Shown piece by piece: positions 10,907 to 21,785 of a stretch of DNA of 64,000 nt. Position 1 is the first letter of the stretch, and each line of letters starts with the position of its first letter. A program made the position numbers and the translations under genes. The notes beneath the pieces are model-generated. The model made no database searches. It was not told where the DNA came from and was given only the letters and a program-made list of their open reading frames with translations. Origin of the DNA: an uncultured bacterium (lineage in GTDB: Bacteria; Babelota; Babeliae; Babelales; Vermiphilaceae); assembly GCA_963727255.1 (NCBI GenBank), contig CAVSFC010000002.1, positions 608,001 through 672,000 on the forward strand. Direction: 5' to 3'.

Positions 10907-12485
10907 ATGAATACTCAAACAATTCCAGTTCATGAGCAAGAATTTTATAATGAGCTGCGTTCTGCGATTAGCAATCCCGATGGATCAATTATAAATCTTG
11001 GGCAGTTATTATGGTATGCATTTAAGAAATTTCCTGATAATGTGTGCCTTGATTTCAGGAGATCAAAAAGTAAGTTATAGAGAGCTTTTTTATCGATCTT
11101 GCGTTATTTGCAGAGCAGTTGAAAGCAAAAGGGATTAAACCGCACGATCGGGTGCTGCTTTTTTTTGAAAACTCGATTGAATTTTATATCGGTTATTATG
11201 CGATTGTACAACTCGGGCGCGGTTGTTGCGCCGTTAAATACCTTCTTAAAGGAGCGTGAACTTCAGCATATTATTACTGATTCGCAACCAAAATTGCTGG
11301 TAGCTTCGACGATCTTGCTTGAAAAATTAGTAGAGGATCATATCGATGCAAAAGTGCCGATACTTACTGAAAAAGATATGGATTTATCGTCTCCAATCGA
11401 TCAGAAAAGTCTTAGCCGATCCCGTGCCACATTTAAAGCCTGATGAGATGGCTGCATTGCTGTATACTTCCGGCACTACCGGATTACCCAAAGGGGTAAT
11501 GCTGAGCTCAAAAAACATTTTAACCAATTGTATCCAAACCATTGCTCGTTTGGGATTTGTCAAAGATGAACGAGTCTTTGGGTATTGCCGCTTTTTCATA
11601 GTTTTGCGCAATTTGCTTGTGTTTGGGCGCCATTTGTGATGGGTTGCTCGGTGATTCTTGTACATAAAATTGAGCGGCGTTTATATCTCGAAGGCTTAAC
11701 GCATAAGCCGACTGTTTTTATCGGAGTTCCCGCGCTTTTTGGTCTTCTTTGCTTGATGAAAAATGCCGATGTTGAATCGGTAAATTATTTTGCCAGCGGA
11801 GGTGATGCGATGCCGGATAAAATTAGGGTAGGATTTGAGCTGATCTACCGCCGCAAAATTGCCGCCGGTTATGGGCTTAAGCGAAACTTCCCCAGTGCTC
11901 ACGGCCGATCTTGATGATATCACTGAGCCGACTAGTAATGTCGGAAGACCATTGATAGGGGTCACAATAGCGATTCGGGATGAACAAGGGATCGGCATTA
12001 GCTGATGGGCACATTGGGGAAATCTGGGTAAAAGGGGATAACGTGATGCTTGGCTATTATAACGAGCCGGAAAAGACCGCAGAAGTGATCAAGGATGGAT
12101 GGCTTGATACGGGGGATTTAGGGTATATCGCGCGAAATGGCAAACTCATTGTTACCGGAAGACTTAAAGATATCATTGTGAATAAAGGTTTTAAGATCTA
12201 TCCGCAGGAAATTGAGAACGTAATTCTTATGTATCCGAATGTTATTCGGGTCGGGGTTGTTGGCGAGATGGACGAGGCCGTGGGGGAAATTGCTGTAGCC
12301 TATGTTCAAATCAAAGGGAATGAGCCAGGGGATAGAACAGAAGCTCAGAGAGCTTTGCGAGCGAAATCTTGCCGCATATAAAGTGCCCCGAAAGTTTGTT
12401 TGCGTAACCCATAATTTGCCACTGACCGGTACCGGCAAAGTTGATAAAAAGGTTTTGAAGAAAACAACTTTCAGAAAAAGTTTGA
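10907..12485 (+). CDS. Long-chain fatty acid-CoA ligase / AMP-binding enzyme (frameshifted)
   Basis: [60 protein letters not shown]. Confidence 0.92.
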
Positions 12486-12609
12486 TTTTTCTCTTCAGCT
12501 CATATACATTTGTTCTTGTTAAGAGATTAAAAACTTAACAGCTAAAAACAAGATAACCTCCATTTCCCCTATCCGTGACGTTCTGTCTGGATGGGGGTAA
12601 AATTTTTAA

Positions 12610-13692
12610 ATGAATAAAGAAACTAACAATCGCCCATTCCCGCTCATCAAAAAAGATCGGTATTATAATAGTGCCGATGATCATCCTGAAAGCTTTTTAT
12701 TTCAAACAATTCCCTCATTTATTAGCTCCTTATACGGCAGAAAAAAAAGACAGCCTGAAAATAAATCTGAATGGATTGCTCTTGTGCCCCCCCTTGAGCA
12801 GAGTAAAGAGCCGGTAATCACTTGGATTGGGCATGCGAGTTTTTTAATTCAAGGAGCGGGGGTTAATATCTTAACAGATCCGATTTTTGGGCCTGCTTCC
12901 GCTTTTTTTCCGCGCATTTTGCCGCCAGGAATTGCGCTGCGAGCATCTGCCGCGAATAGATTATGTTATTTTATCTCATAATCATCGCGATCATTGTGAT
13001 CTTAAAAGTTTGTAGGCATTAAAAAAAACGAACCCGAATATGGTGCTTTTGGTGCCAAAAGGGGATAAGCAGTGGCTTGAAAATAAGGGTTTGGGGCCAG
13101 CTGTTGAACATACCTGGTGGCAAAGCTATACCCATGAGACTCATGAAGGCCCGGTAACGTTTACCTTCTTGCCTGCCCATCATTGGTCTGCGCAAGGAGT
13201 CTTTGATCGCAATAAATCCCTTTGGGGCAGCTGGATGATCAGCTTTGATGGCAATGATGCCTCAATAAAGGCTCCGAAGGACGAGCGGATAGGAATCCGA
13301 TTCATAACGAGCAGGATCCAAAGAGGGAATTTATCTCGAGCTCTGTCAGAGGGATCTCGAACATTTATTTTGCCGGGGATACTTCATATTCAGATCATTT
13401 TAATCATATCGCACAAGAATTCTCTGGCATTAGCACTGCACTTATGCCAATCGCTCCAGAAAAACCTCATCCCTGGATGCGAAAATCTCATATGGATGCA
13501 CAGGAAGCGGTGCAAGCCTTTATTGATTTAAAGGCACATCATTTTATCCCAATGCACTGGGGAACGTTTCAATTTGGGCTTGATACCTTTCATGGGCCTA
13601 TTGAACGCCTAAAAACTGAATGGGATCATCATCAATTGCATGATCGTAAAAAACTCACCATTTCTAAGGTGGGCCAGCGAATTATTATTTAG
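12610..13692 (+). CDS. Metallo-beta-lactamase-fold hydrolase (NAPE-PLD/RomA-like), frameshifted, with internal repeat-derived insert
   Basis: TWIGHASFLI, ILTDPIF, SHNHRDH, PAHHWS, LWGSW, IYFAGDT, IPMHWGTF. Confidence 0.9.
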
Positions 13693-13788
13693 CATCATCT
13701 TTATTAAAATATATTGACAAAACCTACCGCATTTTTTCATGGTACTAATACATAGAGTAAATTAACTTTTTTCTAAAAAGGAACTTAC

Positions 13789-13971
13789 ATGTTATTAGAT
13801 TGGGCGTTAATATTTTTTATACTATCATTAGTTGCAGGATATTTTGGATTCTTTGGTCTCGCAGCAGATTCTGCAGGGATCGCAAAAATACTTTTTTTTA
13901 TTTTCTTAATACTTTTCGTATTTTCATTCCTATATCGCTTGATTAATCGTCAATCTCCTCCGCAACCATAA
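13789..13971 (+). CDS. DUF1328 (YtjA-like) small membrane protein
   Basis: WALIFFILSLVAGYFGFFGLA...AGIAKILFFIFL matches the family pattern. Confidence 0.88.
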   Translation: MLLDWALIFFILSLVAGYFGFFGLAADSAGIAKILFFIFLILFVFSFLYRLINRQSPPQP

Positions 13972-13990
13972 ATCAGAATTGCAAGCAGGC

Positions 13991-14479
13991 CTATTGATTG
14001 TTAGATTGACCAACGAATGCATCGAACTGTCTTTTTTGTTTCTCAAGTGTGAGATCATATTGCAAGTTCCATAATTTGTCTTTCCATTGTTGAATGCAAA
14101 CAGGATCAGAGTTATAGACCCAGGATAAAGCCCACTGGCCCCATGAGGCTTTTTGATTTAATATTATTCTCAGTTCGCTTTGTGTTGGAAATGTGTTTTG
14201 TATTTCTTTAATAATATCCTCATATTTATTTAATTTTCCCGCTTTGCTGAGTTTATCTGCTCTTTCAACAAATAATTGCGTATAGCGGTTAAGAGACTGT
14301 GCGGCATTAGAATTGCTGTGTTTCAAAAGTGCTTTTGTCTCTTCATTCCAATCTTCTTGTGCTGCTTGCACAAATCGGCGAGCAAATTCTGATGTTAAGG
14401 CAACCTGACTATTTTTTTCCATCGCGCATATTGGTTGTGCGAAAAATAAACCAAGAAAAAGCATGCTATTACATTTCAT
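13991..14479 (-). CDS. Exported hypothetical protein
   Basis: Signal ICA|MEK; helical body. Confidence 0.75.
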   Translation of the reverse strand: MKCNSMLFLGLFFAQPICAMEKNSQVALTSEFARRFVQAAQEDWNEETKALLKHSNSNAAQSLNRYTQLFVERADKLSKAGKLNKYEDIIKEIQNTFPTQSELRIILNQKASWGQWALSWVYNSDPVCIQQWKDKLWNLQYDLTLEKQKRQFDAFVGQSNNQ

Positions 14480-14602
14480 TAGGATTCCTTTTATTAAAGT
14501 ATTTCAATGGAAGCGTAAAAATTCTTTATAATAAGATCAATAAAATTCTTCGATACGAAAGCATTTTGTTCCACTCAGGATGATTTAATTTAGGAGATAC
14601 TG

Positions 14603-15226
14603 GTGAATACCGTTACTGAAAAAGGAAAGATTCGTCTATTTATAGCGCTCGATCTTCCTTTAGTGAATGATCAAAATGAGCCGATTCAGTTTGCTAATGC
14701 CCAATTGCTCATCAGCCAAGCGGTAGCCAATTTTCGGCCGGTCAAAAATTTTCATGTCACATTAGTATTTATCGGATCTGTTAATGAATCGCTGGTGCCG
14801 GCAATAAAGATTGCTATTGAGCGAGCTGTTGCGCAATTTAGCAATGAACAAAAGCAAGGGCTTATTAATGGTATCGGCCAATTGATGCTCAAACCAGGCG
14901 CGGCAATTATGGGCAAAAATGCGGTTGCACTTTCATTGATCGATAATTATTTGATTGAATCCCTGATTGCAACGTTGCTTACAGTTTTTCAGCAATATCA
15001 GATTCCGCATGCTGAGCGGCATGAAGGGCTCAACTTGCATGTTACTATTGGAAGAGTTCCAATCGATGTTAAAAAACAGATCGATACAAAACGCTTTTTG
15101 GATTTGCTGCCAGCGCCGATTGGCGGGCGCGCGCAATTGAATGAAACATTCACTGCAAGCACAATCACGTTGTATGAATCTCATCCAAATAGTGAATATA
15201 CTCCCTTGGCTACATTTAAAATCTGA
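14603..15226 (+). CDS. thpR: 2H phosphoesterase, RNA 2',3'-cyclic phosphodiesterase (ThpR/LigT-like)
   Basis: RLFIAL, two HxT motifs (FHVTL, LHVTIGR), TLYES. Confidence 0.85.
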   Translation: MNTVTEKGKIRLFIALDLPLVNDQNEPIQFANAQLLISQAVANFRPVKNFHVTLVFIGSVNESLVPAIKIAIERAVAQFSNEQKQGLINGIGQLMLKPGAAIMGKNAVALSLIDNYLIESLIATLLTVFQQYQIPHAERHEGLNLHVTIGRVPIDVKKQIDTKRFLDLLPAPIGGRAQLNETFTASTITLYESHPNSEYTPLATFKI

Positions 15227-15302
15227 TATCATTTTTGAAAAAAATATTGTATGATGATTCTAGTTGAATTACATCAATCGCTTTTATCAAAAAGGTACAT
15301 CT

Positions 15303-15587
15303 ATGAAGAAGGCATTGCTTCTTTCTCTTTTATTGATTGGAATGGCAAATACCGTTGTGGGCACTGATTCCAGATCAACACTGATTAAATATTATGATGT
15401 TGGTATTAATGCTACAATAACAGCACTATTGGGATACGCAGTCTATACGCTGCTTAACACTCCCCGCGAAAAGCCGGAATATCAAGCAGATATTCCAACG
15501 CTGATGTTTAGTGCGGCGGTTGGCTATTTTGGATGGCGCACCTATCAATCTGCAAAAATTACGCAGGATGCTATAGAGAACGCTTAA
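15303..15587 (+). CDS. Exported small two-TM protein
   Basis: Signal MKKALLLSLLLIG...; two hydrophobic segments. Confidence 0.7.
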   Translation: MKKALLLSLLLIGMANTVVGTDSRSTLIKYYDVGINATITALLGYAVYTLLNTPREKPEYQADIPTLMFSAAVGYFGWRTYQSAKITQDAIENA

Positions 15588-15609
15588 TCTATACAGCAAG
15601 TGCAAATAA

Positions 15610-15641
15610 AAAAGGGAAAGCTTTCAAAGGCTTTCCCTTTT
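15610..15641. terminator. Bidirectional intrinsic terminator
   Basis: aaaagggaaagc-loop-gctttccctttt between convergent genes. Confidence 0.8.
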
Positions 15642-15662
15642 AGTTTTAGTTCGAGAATAAGC

Positions 15663-16109
15663 TTAGTTATTGATATTATTGAAATCGTTCCACGCGCTTT
15701 TTAAGTGATAACTGCCAAGAAGCACACTTGCTATACTTGCAGCGCCAATTCCAATATAAAGAGGGGGAAGAACATCGGATGGTTTTATTTCTAAATTGTT
15801 GACATAGCCTGCATATCGATACGGCTGGTAAGCATGAGGTGAATTGACCACATCTATTGAAAGGCTACCTGCTGCATTTACGTTCAAGCGACTAATCTCA
15901 TTCTGTTTGCTTGCAATCCATAACGCTGCACAAGGAAGTGCGAGGCCCGTTGCGATCTCAGCTAATCCTAGCGTTGCTTTTCCGGTAGCAAGAATTGCTC
16001 TGCCGGTAACTTTCGCTGCTTGTTTAAATGTGATAGCCGAAGCGGGGGTTGCTATAAATGCATTTGCTGCAACGAGCAATGCGAGTGAAAAAAATAATTT
16101 ATTTTTCAT
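15663..16109 (-). CDS. Exported membrane-hairpin protein
   Basis: Signal ending ASA; two hydrophobic segments; shares KAT and LGS..LKSA..D motifs with 6518..6886. Confidence 0.75.
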   Translation of the reverse strand: MKNKLFFSLALLVAANAFIATPASAITFKQAAKVTGRAILATGKATLGLAEIATGLALPCAALWIASKQNEISRLNVNAAGSLSIDVVNSPHAYQPYRYAGYVNNLEIKPSDVLPPLYIGIGAASIASVLLGSYHLKSAWNDFNNINN

Positions 16110-16126
16110 AATTAATCCCTAAGAAT

Positions 16127-16414
16127 TTATTTATTTGAAGTGTAATGACGATATACCAAATACCAAGGTAACGCCCAGGCTGACATGCCTAATGCATGGC
16201 CCGTTATTAAAGATGCATGCTCGCTCATTGACATTGTCCCGGGTAGCCCATAATTAAATGCGGCAACAAATTGGCCAATAATGGGAATTGCCCCAGTTAT
16301 TAATCCAAAGGCAAAAGCCTCTTTTCTATTTGATTCACGAGCAAAAGTTGGTTGCGAAAGGGCTGTCAACATCATCAACAGAAGAGAAAGTGAAAAAAAT
16401 CGTTTTATTTGCAT
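16127..16414 (-). CDS. Exported small two-TM protein
   Basis: Signal ending TFA; two hydrophobic segments. Confidence 0.7.
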   Translation of the reverse strand: MQIKRFFSLSLLLMMLTALSQPTFARESNRKEAFAFGLITGAIPIIGQFVAAFNYGLPGTMSMSEHASLITGHALGMSAWALPWYLVYRHYTSNK

Positions 16415-16578
16415 ATAACCTCCAATTGATTCGAACTATGAGATACTTTTAATATGGCAAAAACCATGAAAAAGTCCATCAAAAGGCCCTAAAACCCGGT
16501 AATTTCCCCTCTTTTCTTGCTATAAAATTACAGATTGTAATAAAATGATAGTAGGGAAGAGAACTCTAAGGGGGAGCC

Positions 16579-17526
16579 ATGAAGGGATTAGGGGGTATAA
16601 TACTCGGTTTTTGCCTTTTGCCAGTTGCACTGCAGGCATATCTCTATGATATTAAGGCCTTGCGTAAATGGCACCCGGAATATAACCGATACCATTATTT
16701 TATTGGCTGTTGCGATTTTCATGATAAAACCCATGTTGCCAACCCGATCCAAAGAAAACGTATTGAAGAATTATTACCTGCCTATGATCCGGCAAGCGTG
16801 CTTGTGCTTGTAGAAGATCTGAGTTCGCCTAATGATACGGGCCGTTTAGGATGTGGTTCCTATTTTATTAATTCTCGAGTAGGCATCTTGGCAGGGCTTG
16901 GAAGCTATTGCAAGGATTGCCATATTCCTTTTACCAATGTTGAATATCGCTATTGCCGCGTAGTTGCCCTTGGCCCGGTGATAAATAATCTGAGTGCAGA
17001 TCCGAGCGCATTTCCTTCAACGAAGCGCATGACTGTTTCCCATTTAATGCAAGAAATTGAGCAGACGTATAATGATCTTTTATTTAGCAGTATGACTAGC
17101 AGCTTTAAAAATCAATTTATGGAAATTTCGCGCACGGTGAATAAATCAATGGAAAATCTTAATCTCATGAATAATCATCAAAAATCAATCGCAGAATATC
17201 TGGCGAGCACTACAACGCCTGCTAATCGGCTTGAAGTAGTAAAAAATTTACTCACCTTCGATGGCATTTTAATTGGATTTAAACTTGTCGATGCAACTAT
17301 TAAGGCATCAGAGAAAGAAAAAGTGATTGCATTTGCCGGTGGCACGCATATTACTGAAGCATATGATCTGCTCCAAAAAATTGATAATTGGGAGCCGGTA
17401 AGCCATTCGGAGCTTTCAACTATCAAGGCATCGATTGCTCGCGGTATTGGTGCGAATGTTGTTGAATCTAAAGGCAAGCCGCAACCGATTTCGCTTGAAC
17501 TGATCGATCATTATTTGAATAGGTAG
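16579..17526 (+). CDS. Exported hypothetical protein, possibly EreA/ChaN/TIKI-like fold
   Basis: Signal ending LQA; motifs GCCDFH, VLVED, FAGGTHI. Confidence 0.7.
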   Translation: MKGLGGIILGFCLLPVALQAYLYDIKALRKWHPEYNRYHYFIGCCDFHDKTHVANPIQRKRIEELLPAYDPASVLVLVEDLSSPNDTGRLGCGSYFINSRVGILAGLGSYCKDCHIPFTNVEYRYCRVVALGPVINNLSADPSAFPSTKRMTVSHLMQEIEQTYNDLLFSSMTSSFKNQFMEISRTVNKSMENLNLMNNHQKSIAEYLASTTTPANRLEVVKNLLTFDGILIGFKLVDATIKASEKEKVIAFAGGTHITEAYDLLQKIDNWEPVSHSELSTIKASIARGIGANVVESKGKPQPISLELIDHYLNR

Positions 17527-17528
17527 CA

Positions 17529-18446
17529 TCACCAATAAAAATTCTTGGTCAAATAAGCGCGCCCCGAATCGCCAAAAATTATTACGCCCATATCGCCATC
17601 GTTAAAATGCCTTTTTGCATATTCATAGGCGGCATAGGCAACAGCGCCACTGCTCGGGCCAATCAGCAAGCCATATTTGCTTGCCATTGTTTTAAGCATC
17701 CCCAGTGCATGATCATCAGAGATTGGCAAATAATCATCAATGACTGATTTATTTAATACCGGAGTTTCAAAATCGATGCCCATGCCTTCCACTTTATAGG
17801 GCTTTGGATTGCCTTTTGTGGTGCGCCAAGAAGTATCAGAATCAACTGCCAAAACTTTTACGTTTTTATTTTTTTCTTTTAAATATTTGCCAACGCCGCT
17901 AATCGTTCCGCCAGTGCCCGCTGCAGCAAAATAATGGGTAACGTTACCTTCAGTTTGATTCCACACTTCGGGTGCCAGTGATCGGTAATGCGCTTCAGCA
18001 TTTTGCACATTAAAATATTGATTGAGCATAATGGCGTTGGGAGTTTTATTAAGAATCGCAACCGCTTGGCTGTGATAACTGCGCGGATCTTCAATGAATG
18101 AGGTTGAAGGGCACATCACCACTTCAGCACCATATGCTTTAATGGTCTGATGTTTTTCTTGGCTAATTTTTTCAGAAACAGTAACAATTGCTTTATATCC
18201 TTTGATGGCAGCAATCATCGCAGTTGCAGCGCCTTGATTCCCTGATGATGCTTCAATAATCGTGCCCCCTGGCTTAAGTGCACCGGTGCGCTCGGCTTCT
18301 TCGATCATAAAAAGTGCAGAGCGATCTTTTACGCTGCCGCCTGGATTTAAATATTCTAATTTTGCATAGATTGATCCGGGTATATCGAAAGGTATTTTAA
18401 TTAATGGCGTATTGCCTATCGCATGGAGAAGCGAAGCATGTCTCAT
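17529..18446 (-). CDS. PLP-dependent cysteine synthase / cystathionine beta-synthase family protein
   Basis: IGNTPL, KLEYLNPGGSVKDR, ASSGN, GTGGT, VEGMG, GPSSG. Confidence 0.93.
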   Translation of the reverse strand: MRHASLLHAIGNTPLIKIPFDIPGSIYAKLEYLNPGGSVKDRSALFMIEEAERTGALKPGGTIIEASSGNQGAATAMIAAIKGYKAIVTVSEKISQEKHQTIKAYGAEVVMCPSTSFIEDPRSYHSQAVAILNKTPNAIMLNQYFNVQNAEAHYRSLAPEVWNQTEGNVTHYFAAAGTGGTISGVGKYLKEKNKNVKVLAVDSDTSWRTTKGNPKPYKVEGMGIDFETPVLNKSVIDDYLPISDDHALGMLKTMASKYGLLIGPSSGAVAYAAYEYAKRHFNDGDMGVIIFGDSGRAYLTKNFYW

Positions 18447-18638
18447 TTTTTTCCTTACAGATATTCAATGAAGAAATATAAATTTTATTCGTTTAAAGAA
18501 TAATGTAATTATTGTGTGATCTCAAGGAAAGAAATATTAAATAGAGCCTATATATTTTTTCCGGATATTTGTTTATTATTACTGTCAACTGAAATTTTTT
18601 TGTGCGATAGATTTTTATTTTTACATACTAAGGATTTT

Positions 18639-19121
18639 ATGAAACGATTAGCATTGCTTGCGGTACTTCTTTTTACTCCTTTTACTTTCCATGCTAATCC
18701 TCGCGAGGATTTACTATATGCGATAACCGAAAGTGATTATGAGAGCTTTATGAAGATCTATAATAGTAACAATTTTTCGCAAGAATCGCTGAGGAATTTT
18801 AATGATTTAGCAAATCGTATGATCATGGTCCGTGGAGAATGGATGACCATGCATGCATTCTATCCTCAGGTGGGCAAAGATCTTTTTTATGCAGCACTTT
18901 GGGGATTCGCGGGTGCAGGCATTATTAGCTTGACGGATGAAAAAAATCATTCATTTGATGAATCTGCAAAACCGAATGATGCTGCTAAGGCCGCTGCACT
19001 TCTTATCGGATTACCATGCTTGGTCTTTTGTATTAAAAATATCCTAGCCGCTTTTCAAAGACCAAAAGTTTTATTAACTGATGCAATTCGCATAAAAGAT
19101 GCATTGGCGATGCACGAATAG
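18639..19121 (+). CDS. Exported hypothetical protein with two TM segments
   Basis: RBS aagga and MKRLALLAVLLF signal; C-terminal hydrophobic pair. Confidence 0.7.
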   Translation: MKRLALLAVLLFTPFTFHANPREDLLYAITESDYESFMKIYNSNNFSQESLRNFNDLANRMIMVRGEWMTMHAFYPQVGKDLFYAALWGFAGAGIISLTDEKNHSFDESAKPNDAAKAAALLIGLPCLVFCIKNILAAFQRPKVLLTDAIRIKDALAMHE

Positions 19122-19251
19122 ATTTTTTTACATTTTTATTACGCTGTTTTTCTCAATGCGCGGGATCATGGTTCGAGCTTAGATTTGTAACAAACTAGAG
19201 AAGAAATGATAAAGCTGCAAGAAATGGCACAGAGTTATCGGTTTGGCCAAT

Positions 19252-19281
19252 AAAGAAGCCGCTCTTGCGAACGGCTTCTTT
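19252..19281. terminator. Bidirectional terminator hairpin
   Basis: aaagaagccg-loop-cggcttcttt between convergent genes. Confidence 0.75.
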
Positions 19282-19310
19282 TAGTTGTAAAGGCTTTTAA
19301 GATTCTTAAA

Positions 19311-19742
19311 TTATTTATAGAGCATTTCACTGTGATAATCTCTGGGAGCATTGGCTTGTTTTATCTTCCAAATAATCCCTGCAGTTATTAAACTAGCAGC
19401 GCCTAATCCGGCGATCATTTTTTTATTGCGTGAAATAAATGATGCTTGCTCAGGGGCTGGCGGTGTTGCTTGTTTTGCTTTGGCTTTAAAAGCGGGAGCT
19501 TGAGGTATTTTTTGTAATTCTGATGTTCTAGCCCTAGTTATCTCATTCTTCAGTTGTTCTAATTCATTTAGTAGCTGAGTTTTTTCATATTCTTTGGAAT
19601 GGATTGAATCGAGACTTCTTGAACGGGCTATTCGAGTGATTTGGCGTCTTTCATCTTTATTTTTTTCTACTATTTCCATGCCAACTATTGGCGTGATTAA
19701 GAAGCAGGTTAAAACTGCTAATGAAATTTTAAATAGATTCAT
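19311..19742 (-). CDS. Exported coiled-coil protein with C-terminal TM anchor
   Basis: Signal IVG|MEI; coiled coil; MIAGLGAASLITAGIIW. Confidence 0.75.
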   Translation of the reverse strand: MNLFKISLAVLTCFLITPIVGMEIVEKNKDERRQITRIARSRSLDSIHSKEYEKTQLLNELEQLKNEITRARTSELQKIPQAPAFKAKAKQATPPAPEQASFISRNKKMIAGLGAASLITAGIIWKIKQANAPRDYHSEMLYK

Positions 19743-19860
19743 GTAATTCCTTAAATAATTTTTTTATAAAATCACTATCATAATTTATGATATATTTAAA
19801 ACAAATTCAGTCAATGGTAAATATAGATAGTATTTTTGCAAATAGAAATTTTGGGCAGGT

Positions 19861-21664
19861 TTATAGGCTCTCTTGTACCTGTTGTTGCCATAACTTTGCA
19901 TATAACCCATTCTTTTCAAGTAACTCCGCATGGGTCCCTTGCTCAGCGATAACCCCATGATCGAGCACGATGATCATATCAGCATTGACCACCGTTGAAA
20001 GGCGATGGGCAATAGTGAGCGTTGTTGCGCCAACTGAAATCTCATCAAGATTATTTTGAATTTCTCGTTCGGTGTGCGTATCGAGTGCCGAAGTTGCTTC
20101 ATCAAAAATATAGATTGCTGGTTTTTTGAGCAATACTCGTGCGATGGCAATGCGCTGCTTTTCGCCGCCAGATAATTTTAATCCTCGTTCGCCCACTTCA
20201 GTGGTATAGCCATCTGGCAATCGTTTAATAAATTTATCTAAATGCGCCATTGCGATTACATTCTCGATCTCTTCTTTACTTGCATGCGGATTGCCATACG
20301 CAATATTATAATAAAGCGTATTATTAAAAAGGACAGTATCTTGCGGCACAATGCCGATTGCCCTATGCAATGATTTTTGTTTAATCGTGCGAATATCATG
20401 ACCATTAATTTGTATGCTGCCGCCAGTTACATCATAAAAGCGATATAATAAACGCGCAATGGTTGATTTGCCAGACCCGGTCGCGCCGACGACTGCAACA
20501 CTGTTTGCCTGCAGGAACTTTAAATGAGATTCCTTTTAAGATGCGGCGACGCTCATCATAGTCAAATTGCACATTATCAAAGGTGATTTCTGCATTTTCT
20601 ATTTTGATATCTTTTGCATCGGGCATATCTTTAATTTCTGGTTTGAGTGAGAGTAGATTCATGGCGGACCCCACATCATTAAGCCCTTTGCGAATCGATC
20701 GGATGATATAGCCAAAATGATTGAGCGGATAAATAAATTGCAAAAGATACCCATTGATCAAAACAAAATCGCCAACCTTCATTTGGCCATTGAGAACTGC
20801 ATTGCCGGACATCCAGGTGAGAAAAATTAATCCAAGCCCGACAATAATATTTTGGCCAATCTGCAGCCAGCTATCATATTGATATTTGAGCACACCTGCA
20901 TCTTCTTGTTCTTGCAGAATCTCATCGCATTGCTCATGTTCAAAATGTTCATTATCAAAATATTTTACTGTTTCAATATTGAGCAATGAATCAACTAATC
21001 GGGCGCCCGCTTCTTGCCGCTTATCATTATAATCTTCTTGCACTTCGACTGATTTGCGCAATGCAAGCATCGTGAAGGCAAGATAGCCGATCATAACAAG
21101 CAAGAGCGCGCCCGCATATAAAAATCCATAGAGATAAAAAAGCAGCATAATCACAATCACCATCTCAATGAGCGTATTGATCAGGAATAAAAAGATGCCC
21201 CAAAAGATGTGATCAAGCCCATCCTCTGCCCGCTCGATGGCTGTGGTGATAGCGCCTGTTTTGCGATCAAGATGGAAACGCAGTGAAAGTTTAAGCAGAT
21301 GATCAAAAATCTTTAAGGCGAGCAATCGCATGCTCCGCTCAAGGGAGCGATAGAGCACAATTGCGCGCACTTGCAAAATAATTTGGCTTATCAGCCATAG
21401 TGCTCCATAGGCAATTAAGATCACCGAAATTAATTTAATTGGCTGTGGCGTGCATAGTGAAAGTGCGTTCACAATTTTTCTGAAAAATAATGGTAAGGAA
21501 ACATTGAGTATAATCATGATTGCAGAAAAAAATAGTGATGCGACCACCCGCATTCGCATCTTCCATTCGCGAACCCACAAAAAGGGCCAAAGCCGCATGA
21601 GTAATTTGAAAGTTTTAAATTTTTGATTATGATTTGCCGGCATACGCGATTCTCCCTGGATCAT
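19861..21664 (-). CDS. ABC half-transporter, ATM1/HMT1-like (one frameshift region near 20480-20500)
   Basis: LSLRFHLDRKTG, DSLLNIETVKYF, IGIVPQDTVLFN, GERGLKLSGGEKQR, FDEATSALD. Confidence 0.93.
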
Positions 21665-21785
21665 GCGATTTGATCATTAATTTTTATTGGAAATTTTGCG
21701 CTCACATTATATTTTAAGAATTTTACTCTAAACTATACAGTATCTATTTAATTTACATTTAGAAAAATTCATCATAGGGATATTT

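Noticed and set aside
12555..12597. Hairpin cccctatcc...ggatggggg as a riboswitch or ncRNA
   Set aside because: A single short stem with no recognisable aptamer; could be a terminator or a repeat remnant.
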